64,000 nt of DNA from Parcubacteria group bacterium (GTDB lineage Bacteria; Patescibacteriota; Minisyncoccia; Phycocordibacterales; UBA2135): positions 6,970 to 70,969 of the forward strand of contig JACOWN010000007.1 of assembly GCA_016176785.1 (NCBI GenBank), given 5' to 3'. Position numbers and translations under genes: made by a program. Positions 56,632 through 64,000 of this stretch are shown here, piece by piece. The stretch's first letter is position 1. Each line of letters opens with the position of its first letter. The notes under the pieces are model-generated. The model was given only the letters and a program-made list of their open reading frames with translations, did not search any database and had not been told where the DNA came from.

Positions 56632-57078
56632 TCACTCGCTTTTTTTGATGCGCAGCATGAAGCGCGCCGTCCGTTCCCCGCGACGCACGAAAATCTCATA
56701 CTCCCCTATTTCTTTGAGAGGAGACGGCAGGTCTATGTCGCCCGCGTTGAGCTCCATTCCTTTTTCTTGTTTCACCGCCGCCGCGATCTCCTCGGCGTCA
56801 ACTCCGGCAAAAAGATGCCCGCGTTCATTTGCTTTCGCCGCGAGCGTTACCACTCCCCCGTCAAGCGAAACGAGCGCCGCTTCAAACGCCTCTTCCGTTT
56901 TTGCGTGCCCTTGCGCGGCCGCTTTTTTCAAATGCTCAACATTTTTTATTGCAGCCGGTGTTGCATACGCCGCTTTTTTTTGCGGCACAAGAACGTTCCG
57001 CGCATAACCGTCGGCGACCCAAACGACGTCGTGTTTACGGCCGATTTTCGGGACATCGGTCAGAAGAATGAGCTTCAT
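56632..57078 (-). CDS. rplI: ribosomal protein L9
   Basis: MKLILL.DV...G..HDVV.VADGYARN.L.P...A.......I; two-domain L9. Confidence 0.85.
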   Translation of the reverse strand: MKLILLTDVPKIGRKHDVVWVADGYARNVLVPQKKAAYATPAAIKNVEHLKKAAAQGHAKTEEAFEAALVSLDGGVVTLAAKANERGHLFAGVDAEEIAAAVKQEKGMELNAGDIDLPSPLKEIGEYEIFVRRGERTARFMLRIKKSE

Positions 57079-57092
57079 AGTTTAACATCATT

Positions 57093-57117
57093 TTGTTCAA
57101 CACCCGATGTTGAACAA
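57093..57117. repeat. 25-bp palindrome TTGTTCAACACCCGATGTTGAACAA (copy between the ctpA stop and the rplI start)
   Basis: Identical to the copies at 1759-1783 and 58499-58523; followed on the plus strand by TTTTAATTTTAATT. Confidence 0.8.
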
Positions 57118-57125
57118 TTTTAATT

Positions 57126-58409
57126 TTAATTATCGCCTGCCTGCGCCGCGCTCCGTGACGCGGCGGGCGATCCGACCAACAACCCCACCGCCCTTTCCAT
57201 CTGCGGGTCTTTTTTTGCCTCGCGGTCCTTTTCAGTCATTGTGACTTTGTATTGCGGAGTGAGCCCGCTTTTTGAAATTATCGTCCCCTTAGGGGTTTTC
57301 CAATGCGCAACGGTAAGCTTTAAGGATGTATCGGGGGTGATTTTTATTAATTCCTGCACCGACCCCTTGCCGAACGTTTGCTCGCCGACAAGCGTTGCCG
57401 TTCCGTGCTCCGAGAGGGCGCCGGCAACAATTTCCGACGCCGAAGCGGAACCCCCGTCAACAAGAATCGCCATTTTCAGTTTGTCGGTAAAAATATCGTA
57501 CCCCTTGCTCCGATACATGACGTTTAAATCCGCCTTGTGCGGCCCGAAATCTTCCGAGACGACAATGGCTCCTGACGGGAGGAACCAACTTGCGATATCA
57601 ACCGCCGCCTCAAGAAACCCGCCGGGATTGCCGCGCATGTCAAGAATAAGTTTATCGTTGCCGGAAAGGACAAACTCACGGAGCGCTTCACGGAACAGCC
57701 GCGGCGACTGTGCGGAGAAGTTATACAATTTGATGACAAAAACGCCGTCCGGCAGCTCTTCTGTATCAATGGTCGGGATGACGATAACGTCGCGGACGAC
57801 CTTGATCTCAAACGGCTCCTCGCGCTCTTTGCGCGAAAGCAAAAGCGTCACCGTGGTCCCTATTTCGCCGCGGATCAGCCGCACCGCCTTTTCAACGCTC
57901 ATATCGGCCGTAAGCGCATCGTCAATTTTAAGGATGATGTCTCCCGCCTGTATGCCCGCGCGCGCCGCCGGCGTGTTTTTAAGCGGAGCGATCACCGTCA
58001 GGGCCTTGTCGCGAATGCCGATCTCCATACCGACGCCGCCAAAATTGCCGTTGATGTTCTCTTCAAACATGCTGGCATCGGCGGGCGGCAAGAAGACCGA
58101 GTACGGGTCGCCAAGCGACGCCACAAGCCCTTGGATGGCGCCCCAGACCTTGTCTTGAGCCGTAATTTCGGTTGACGTGCCGTTTGCGGGCGTATATTTC
58201 TCGTCAATGGCATTCCATGCTTTCCAAAACGGCGCAAAGTCAATTTTTTCGGACGGCGCGACCGTCGGCGGCATCGTGCCGACGAGCGCGGTGATCTTTG
58301 CGACTTCCGGACGGTTGCCGTAGCCGAAATAGACGCCGGTAATGAACGCGGCGGCAATGATGACAACGGATATGCCGATGAGAACGGGAGTTCTGTTGGC
58401 GCGATACAT
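57126..58409 (-). CDS. ctpA: C-terminal processing (tail-specific) peptidase, family S41, with PDZ domain
   Basis: 427 aa; N-terminal TM segment; ..LILDMRGNPGGFLEAAVDIAS.. catalytic Ser region. Confidence 0.85.
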   Translation of the reverse strand: MYRANRTPVLIGISVVIIAAAFITGVYFGYGNRPEVAKITALVGTMPPTVAPSEKIDFAPFWKAWNAIDEKYTPANGTSTEITAQDKVWGAIQGLVASLGDPYSVFLPPADASMFEENINGNFGGVGMEIGIRDKALTVIAPLKNTPAARAGIQAGDIILKIDDALTADMSVEKAVRLIRGEIGTTVTLLLSRKEREEPFEIKVVRDVIVIPTIDTEELPDGVFVIKLYNFSAQSPRLFREALREFVLSGNDKLILDMRGNPGGFLEAAVDIASWFLPSGAIVVSEDFGPHKADLNVMYRSKGYDIFTDKLKMAILVDGGSASASEIVAGALSEHGTATLVGEQTFGKGSVQELIKITPDTSLKLTVAHWKTPKGTIISKSGLTPQYKVTMTEKDREAKKDPQMERAVGLLVGSPAASRSAAQAGDN

Positions 58410-58498
58410 AGGGACATTATCGCAGAAGCGCTCGTTGTGGTCAAACCCGCTTCACGATATAATGTTACGTGATACGCCGCTACCCGTGTTACGTAAAA

Positions 58499-58523
58499 TT
58501 GTTCAACACCCGATGTTGAACAA
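58499..58523. repeat. 25-bp palindrome TTGTTCAACACCCGATGTTGAACAA (copy in the ctpA/corA divergent promoter region)
   Basis: Identical third copy, 24 nt upstream of the corA ATG and about 90 nt upstream of the ctpA start. Confidence 0.8.
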
Positions 58524-58546
58524 AATAGTAATCGCCGCAATATTTT

Positions 58547-59461
58547 ATGTTCAAAAAACATACCTACGATTCCCTGACCTGGATTGATCTTGAGTCGCCG
58601 ACCAAGGATGACACGCGCGCGCTCATAGAGGAGTTCGGCATCCACTCGCTCGTCGCCGACGAGCTGCTCTCCCCCACCCTGCGCTCCCGCGTTGAAACGC
58701 ACGGAGATTATATTTTTCTCATTCTGCATTTTCCGACCGTTATGCATTCCCACGGGGGCCGCACGGAGCAGGAAATTGATTTTATCGTCGGAAAACATTT
58801 TATCGTTACGGCGCACTACGAACCCGTCGATGCGCTTGATGAGTTTTCAAAGCTTTTTGAGATCAATTCCGTTATCGGCGCGAACGCGGGCAAAATGCAC
58901 GCCGGATTTCTTTTCTTTCATATGGCGCGCGAGCTGTACAAACAGGCGTCCGACGAGCTTGACCACATGCGAAAAGAACTCACCCGCATTGAAGAGAGCA
59001 TTTTTCGGGGCGAAGAACACGCGATGGTCCAGTCCTTGTCGCGCATCGGCCGCAAGCTGCTTACTTTTAAGCGCGCCGTGAGGCCGCACCGCGAAGTGCT
59101 TGAATCGTTTGCGTCAGTCGGCGCAAAACTTTTCGGAAAAGAGTTTGCCTATTATCTTCATGCCATAACCGGCGAACAGTATAAAATTTTCTCCGCGCTT
59201 GAAAGCGACATTGACACGCTTGATGCGCTTCGGGCCACCAACGACTCGCTTCTCTCCACCAAGACGAACGACATCATGCGCGTCCTCACCATCATGGCGT
59301 TCGTCACGTTCCCGCTCGTGCTCGTCACCTCGGTTTTCGGCATGAATACGGCGTATCTTCCCGTCGTCGGTCTGCCGAACGACTTTTGGATCATTGTCGG
59401 TTTCATGGTCGCGGCAACCATCGGCTTTTTCCTCTTCTTCAAATCCAAGAAGTGGCTGTAA
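58547..59461 (+). CDS. corA: CorA-family Mg2+/Co2+ transporter
   Basis: Cytoplasmic N-domain plus two C-terminal TM helices with the F/YGMN motif (FGMNTAY). Confidence 0.85.
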   Translation: MFKKHTYDSLTWIDLESPTKDDTRALIEEFGIHSLVADELLSPTLRSRVETHGDYIFLILHFPTVMHSHGGRTEQEIDFIVGKHFIVTAHYEPVDALDEFSKLFEINSVIGANAGKMHAGFLFFHMARELYKQASDELDHMRKELTRIEESIFRGEEHAMVQSLSRIGRKLLTFKRAVRPHREVLESFASVGAKLFGKEFAYYLHAITGEQYKIFSALESDIDTLDALRATNDSLLSTKTNDIMRVLTIMAFVTFPLVLVTSVFGMNTAYLPVVGLPNDFWIIVGFMVAATIGFFLFFKSKKWL

Positions 59462-59515
59462 CTTGAGTTTTGAGTTTTTAACGCCCCGTTCCCTACAATC
59501 TAAAAACCGGCGGCT

Positions 59516-60853
59516 ATGACCATTTTTCTCCACAACACTCTTACTCGCCAAAAGGAAGAATTTAAACCGCTGAAGCGGGGCGCCATTTCAATGTACCACT
59601 GCGGGCCGACGGTCTATGATGCGGCGCACATCGGGAACCTGCGTTCATTCGTGTTTGCCGACACGCTCCGGCGCGTTATGGAATACAACGGCTACGCCGT
59701 GAAGCAGGTGATGAACATTACGGATGTCGACGACAAAACCATCAAGCGCGCGGCGGAAGAGCGCGTTCCCCTCTCCGAGCTGACCGCCCGCTATGAAAAA
59801 GCGTTTTTGTCCGATGCAGATGCACTGCTCATTAAACGCCCCGGCACAATGCCGCGCGCGACGGAACATATCAACGAGATGGTCGCTTTGATCGAGCGCT
59901 TGCTTGAACGGGGCCTTGCGTACAGAGGAGAAGACGGCTCAATTTACTTTGACATCTCCAAGGACCCGCACTATGGCGAACTGGTAAACCTTGAAAAACA
60001 GGAACTCAAGGAAAGTGTCCGCGTATCCTCCGATGAATACAGCAAGGAAGAACCGCGCGACTTTGTTCTTTGGAAGGCATGGCAGAAATCGGACGGGGAT
60101 ATCTTCTGGGAGACATCTCTCGGGAAGGGGCGTCCGGGGTGGCATATAGAATGTTCGGCAATGTCCATGAAGTATCTGGGGGAGCGGTTTGATATCCACA
60201 CGGGCGGCATTGACCTCGCCTTCCCCCACCACACGAATGAGATCGCGCAATCGGGCGGTCATTTGGCGAACTACTGGCTCCATAACGAGCACCTACTGGT
60301 TGACGGCAAAAAAATGGCGAAATCGGCGGGTAATTTTTTGACGCTCAAAGATATCACCGAAAAGGGCTTTACTCCCCTCGCTCTTCGCTATTGGTTCCTG
60401 CAGGCGCACTATCGCACGCCGGCAAATTTCACCTGGGACGCGCTGGAAGCGGCGCAAAATGCCCTTAACAAACTTTACGACCATTTTTATGATACCGCTG
60501 AAACAGAAGATGCGTCCGTAATACCCAAGGCGCATTTTGAAGAAGCAGTAAACGACGACCTCAACACCCCCCTTGCCCTTGCGGAACTGTGGGATGTCGT
60601 GCGGGACCGCAACCTAAGCGGCGGAGTAAAACGAAAAATAATGCTCGATTTTGACCGTGCCTTGGGGTTGGGCTTTGCACAGCTTGGAGAGAAGCATTAT
60701 ATCCCCGATAACGTGCAAGCTCTTATAAATAAACGCGCCCAAGCGCGCGCGGAAGAAAATTGGGGGTATGCGGATGAATTGCGTGAGAAAATAAACAAAA
60801 TGGGTTACAAAGTGGAGGATACTCCCGACGGACAAAAAGTCCGTCCCCTTTAG
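59516..60853 (+). CDS. cysS: cysteinyl-tRNA synthetase
   Basis: CGPTVYD..HIGN (HIGH-type), Zn-binding Cys (..HIECSAMS..), KMAKSAGN (KMSKS). Confidence 0.9.
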   Translation: MTIFLHNTLTRQKEEFKPLKRGAISMYHCGPTVYDAAHIGNLRSFVFADTLRRVMEYNGYAVKQVMNITDVDDKTIKRAAEERVPLSELTARYEKAFLSDADALLIKRPGTMPRATEHINEMVALIERLLERGLAYRGEDGSIYFDISKDPHYGELVNLEKQELKESVRVSSDEYSKEEPRDFVLWKAWQKSDGDIFWETSLGKGRPGWHIECSAMSMKYLGERFDIHTGGIDLAFPHHTNEIAQSGGHLANYWLHNEHLLVDGKKMAKSAGNFLTLKDITEKGFTPLALRYWFLQAHYRTPANFTWDALEAAQNALNKLYDHFYDTAETEDASVIPKAHFEEAVNDDLNTPLALAELWDVVRDRNLSGGVKRKIMLDFDRALGLGFAQLGEKHYIPDNVQALINKRAQARAEENWGYADELREKINKMGYKVEDTPDGQKVRPL

Positions 60854-60899
60854 CCGCTGTCCCGCTTGCTCCCTTTCGCCCTTTTAATTATTGCTTGTC

Positions 60900-61178
60900 T
60901 TATTTTCCCAATGCGGCTTCAACGACAAGCATTTTATCTTCAAGCCGTTCCAGGCGGTTGTTGTGGTCGCGCAAAAGAAGGTTTTCAATGCGGTCAAGGC
61001 GTGTTTTCACTTCTCCCATGTCTGCTTTGACCCCCCTTATATCTGCTTTCACCCCCCTTATATCTGCCTTGACCCCATCCATATCAACTTTTGATGCGGT
61101 TTCTTCAAATCCTCGTGCGGTCATCTCCGCCAGAGCGTCTATCTTAGCAATTATTTTGGTGTTGGATTCTTCCGCCAT
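60900..61178 (-). CDS. hypothetical small coiled-coil protein with three 21-nt tandem repeats (GVKADIR x3)
   Basis: 92 aa; repeats at 61020-61080 on the plus strand (ccccccttatatctgcttt-like units); lies immediately downstream of the tail-fibre-like gene on the same strand. Confidence 0.45.
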   Translation of the reverse strand: MAEESNTKIIAKIDALAEMTARGFEETASKVDMDGVKADIRGVKADIRGVKADMGEVKTRLDRIENLLLRDHNNRLERLEDKMLVVEAALGK

Positions 61179-61219
61179 AACAATAATGTAACGTACTCAA
61201 AATTGAGCCGCAAGCTCTG

Positions 61220-62362
61220 TTATGTCTGCGGCGTCGTCGTTGCGACTACGTTGACCGTTCTCGCCGCCTCTGCCGCCGCATTCCCCGCGGCGTCGGTTAC
61301 GTTGTAGCGGACGGTGTAGGCGCCGAGCGTCGCCGCATCAACGGGGTTCGTTACAACAATCTGCGCCGTGATGTCTCCGTCGGTATCGTCTGTTGCGGTG
61401 GCGCCTGCATCAGCGTAGGTGTCACCTTGCAGCATCTCCACCGTGCTTGAGCCGACGAGCGTGATCAAGGGCGGTGTCGTATCCGTCGCCTGCTCGCCGC
61501 CGCCTACGATCACGGTTCTGGTTGATGTCGCCGTGTTCCCCGCGTTGTCGGTTGCGACATAGGAAACGGTGTGCGTTGCGGCGACGGACGTGTCAAGCGC
61601 GACCGCGCTCGTAAAGACGCCGTCAAGGTAGGTCTGATAGCCCAAGTTTGAGTCCACATTGTCCGTTACCGTCGCGCCGTTGTCCGAATACGCCATGCCG
61701 AGCGCGATTTCCGCCGGATTTGCGCCGACAACGATGATGACGGGAGGCGTCGTATCGGTCGTTTGTTCCGCGCCCGCTCCGGCGTTTGAGTTTATATTTG
61801 CGTTCGCAAGCAACGCTTGCAACTGGTTCTCGTTGATACACGTGCTTCCGATGCAAAATTGGTCGCTCACGGTAATCCTCTGCGTGAAAATATCCGTAAA
61901 CGCGTTCGTTGCGGCCGCGATGCCGCTTGCGACTTGTTGTTCCAGCGTTTCAACCTTCTTCACGAGTTCTTGAAATGCAGAGAGAAGCGAGGTAACGAGT
62001 TTGTAAAGGTCAACCCCCTTACCGCCTTTGGCGAGAATTTCCTCCGGCGCTTCTTCCGCGATAAGCCCCAGCCGTTTCGGGTCGGTATCGTCATCGGTAT
62101 TGTAACGATAGGTTGCAACCCCGATGTTTTTTATCTTTTCAAAAAGCGATTCCTTCGCGGCTTCGTTGATATACGAGATGTCTTTTTTGCTTTCTTGCGT
62201 TGAAATGTTGACGAACGATTGTGCCGCAACATCTCCTATGACGTGGAGCGCGTATTCCGGCGTTGTCGTTCCGATGCCGATCCGCCCGCTTGCGTCAATG
62301 TAAAGCGACGGCGTTGAAGTTGGCGCAAGAAGCGTGCTTATCGCCGCCTCGCGCTGCTGCGT
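61220..62362 (-). pseudogene. tail-fibre-like surface protein, C-terminal segment: fibre repeat, complete intramolecular-chaperone (peptidase S74-like) motif, two DUF5011 Ig-like domains
   Basis: Open minus-strand frame continuous with 62363-63529 except for the TAG at 62363-62365; ..SKKDISYINEAAKESLFEKIKNIGVATYRYN...LGLIAEEAPEEIL..VDLYKLVTSLLSAFQEL.. resembles the S74 chaperone core; ..TTPPLITLVGSS..DAGATATDDTDGDIT..YTVRYNVTDAAGN.. repeats are DUF5011-like; the ORF-track start at 61963 is GTG. Confidence 0.5.
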
Positions 62363-63529
62363 CTAGGACGACAGGTAATTGAAGAACACGGGGCGGAGTT
62401 GCATCACCTCGGCAAGCCCGTAATCCAAGTCGGCGACGTTCTCCTTATAGCGAAGCGATGAGGACGAATTGCAGTCGTTTGAGGTATTGACGCGGATTTC
62501 ACCCGTCGCGCTTGACCAGCACACGTCATCCTCTATGGTAGTTCCTGTCTCAAGCCCCGTCGCAAACATGTTGCCGTTGACATCAATTTTCATTTTTTCG
62601 GTAAAGGTAATGGTATTGCCCGCAGACCCGCTCCCTGCGGTGCGAAATATGTAACTGGCGGCGCCGTCTAAATAAACCTGTGAAGCGGCGGCGGTTTCTT
62701 TGTAAAGCCATGCGGTACCGTTGTAAAGTGCGTTCTGTCCCAAAAATGTCTCGTCGGAAACCCCCGCCAAGCCCGTCCTGTCGCCTATATCAAGTGCCGG
62801 GGTATTTGTCCACTGGCCATTCGGCACCACTCCGATGCCCAAGACACCAGTGCTTGTAATTCTCACCTTTTCCGCCATGGCTCCGTCAAGCATAGTGGCA
62901 AACACAAGTGCGGAATCACGCGTTGAAGCCGTGGATGTCCACTCTACTTCTTTTGCGGAAAAGACGCCTCCGGCGGTTCGTGAAGCACCCCCCGTATCCG
63001 CGAAAAAGAAACCATACCCGGCGATGCCGTTCACGGAGAATGTCGCGCTCGGCGAGGTTGTCCCAATGCCCAAGTTCCCGCTTGAATCAAGGCGCATGAC
63101 CTCGGTGCGCCCGCCCGCTTGGTGGTTTATGAACGCGAGTTCTGTTCCCCCCGATTCGCGGATTGACGAGATGCGGGATGATTTTGTTGCCGCCGTGCCG
63201 TGGTAGAAAATGAGGTCGGCGGTCGTGTTTTCTCCTGTACTCTTATTCTCTATGATGAGCGCGGGCGGCAGGTTCACGCCGTCCGAGGCGGTGTAGGTGA
63301 GCGCGCTCGTCGTTGCCGCGTGGAGGATGCCGTAGGTTTCCGTTGGTGAGTCAATCGCGATTTTCCCGTTGTCAAATATCGTGAGGATTTCTTTGTTGTT
63401 CGCGTCCGCGATTGCGAGTGTGCGTCCGGTTGAAACGCCCGCGCCGTTCACGGAGAATGTCGCGCTCGGCGAGGTTGTCCCAATGCCCAAGTTCCCGCTT
63501 GAATCAAGAGGTGCTTCCCCCGCGGTCAA
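62363..63529 (-). pseudogene. tail-fibre-like surface protein, central segment with xSGNLGIGTTSP repeats and a truncated S74-like motif before an in-frame TAG
   Basis: 388-aa ORF; DSSGNLGIGTTSPSATFSVNG occurs twice; C-terminus ..SSLRYKENVADLDYGLAEVMQLRPVFFNY resembles the first half of the S74 chaperone motif, then LSS and a stop. Confidence 0.5.
63026..63091. repeat. 66-bp perfect direct repeat, copy 1 (copy 2 at 63443-63508) inside the tail-fibre-like gene
   Basis: gccgttcacggagaatgtcgcgctcggcgaggttgtcccaatgcccaagttcccgcttgaatcaag is identical at both sites; copy 2 coincides with the frameshift. Confidence 0.75.
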
Positions 63530-64000
63530 TCATCTGAAGCGTCCGCCCGATACCGACATCCCCCGCGACCATAACATACGGGCTGTTGAACGCCTGCGTC
63601 GTCGTCGTGCCGACGAGCAGATTGCCGTCAGATGTAATTCTCATCTTTTCACCCGCAGTTGCGTTAAGTGCGGCGGCAAAGACCATCGCAGAATCTCTTG
63701 TGGAGCCGGTGGTTGTCCACTCCTGTTCCTTCCGCACGAAAATCCCGCCTGCGTTTCTTTCGTTACCGGAAGTATCGGCAAGGCGGAAACCCAATGCCGC
63801 AAAATTATTCGTCGCCGCAGTAGTATCGTAGTTTGAAATGAAAGAAGCGACTCCGGTGAAATCGACGGCTCCCGTTTCAGTTCCGTCCCTCCTGACTTCA
63901 AGGCGTGAAGCGGGACTCGTGTCTCCGATGCCGACGTTGCCCGCATTGTCAATAATGAACGGCGTCTGGTCGGGTGATGTGTCATCCTCCACCAAAAACG
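63504..64000 (-). pseudogene. tail-fibre-like surface protein, upstream segment (runs off the window); frameshifted relative to the 62363-63529 segment
   Basis: 163-aa ORF paralogous to repeats in the next segment (AGGIFVRKEQEWTTTGSTRDSAMVFAAALNATAGEKMRITS vs AGGVFSAKEVEWTSTASTRDSALVFATMLDGAMAEKVRITS); overlaps it by 26 nt in another frame. Confidence 0.45.

Noticed and set aside
58342-58587. 81-aa ORF spanning the ctpA-corA intergenic region
   Set aside because: It overlaps both divergent gene starts and contains the 25-bp palindrome. It has no RBS. It is an intergenic artefact.
61020-61080. Short tandem repeats considered as a CRISPR array
   Set aside because: There are only three 21-nt units with no spacers. 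They lie in frame inside a small ORF. They are a coding tandem repeat.
62363-62365. In-frame TAG as evidence of stop-codon reassignment
   Set aside because: TAG, TAA and TGA all terminate well-supported genes in this window. Examples are TAG at 20953-20955 and 30668-30670, and TGA at rpmE. A pseudogene, a domain boundary or an error is more likely than recoding.

Overview
This 64-kb window is GC-rich (roughly 58–60%) and densely coding, and reads as a core-genome segment of a small-genome bacterium. Gene content and the short protein lengths are compatible with a Patescibacteria/CPR-like lineage, but that placement is tentative. I found no rRNA, tRNA or CRISPR.

Recognisable blocks:
- murA 3' end, an MreB paralog, holB-like, frr, rseP, proS.
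- A second mreB with mreC, mreD and PBP2, then greA and lysS.
- Half of the dcw cluster (mraZ-rsmH-ftsL-ftsI-murF), with the other half (mraY-ftsW-murG) about 32 kb away.
- A sugar kinase, class II aldolase and 2-hydroxyacid dehydrogenase.
- rplY, an MltB-like transglycosylase, rpmE, prfA and an FtsA-like ASKHA protein.
- The block infA, rpmJ, rpsM, rpsK, rpsD, rpoA, rplQ, rplM, rpsI.
- grpE-dnaK-dnaJ, trpS, aspS, scpAB, a DD-carboxypeptidase, truD, an MBL hydrolase.
- gltX, an M23 peptidase, rpmA, rplI, an S41 protease, corA and cysS.

Unusual content:
- A duplicated gene cassette at 20.1–22.5 kb. The two copies have near-identical 5' leaders and 3' flanks but strongly diverged ORF bodies with atypical GC3-rich codon usage. 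The leader shows compensatory base changes that suggest a structured cis-regulatory RNA. An IS-type transposase remnant sits between the copies. One copy is frameshifted by a 25-bp tandem duplication. A MazG-like gene follows.
- A family of bipartite intergenic repeats at four loci, each a TGTGGATAA (DnaA-box-like) element next to an AAAGGACSGTCCTTT palindrome. Three of the four sit at promoters of cell-wall or division operons.
- An identical 25-bp hairpin palindrome present three times, two of them bracketing the S41 protease gene.
- Two further high-GC3 islands encoding unknown proteins, one with a classical C2H2 zinc finger.
- At the right end, a large minus-strand gene (at least 2.8 kb) that looks like a phage-tail-fibre-type adhesin. 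It carries intramolecular-chaperone (peptidase S74-like) motifs and Ig-like DUF5011 domains, and is interrupted by an in-frame TAG and by a frameshift located at a 66-bp direct repeat.

Several promoters place a -10 hexamer 6–7 nt upstream of the ATG, suggesting leaderless mRNAs.
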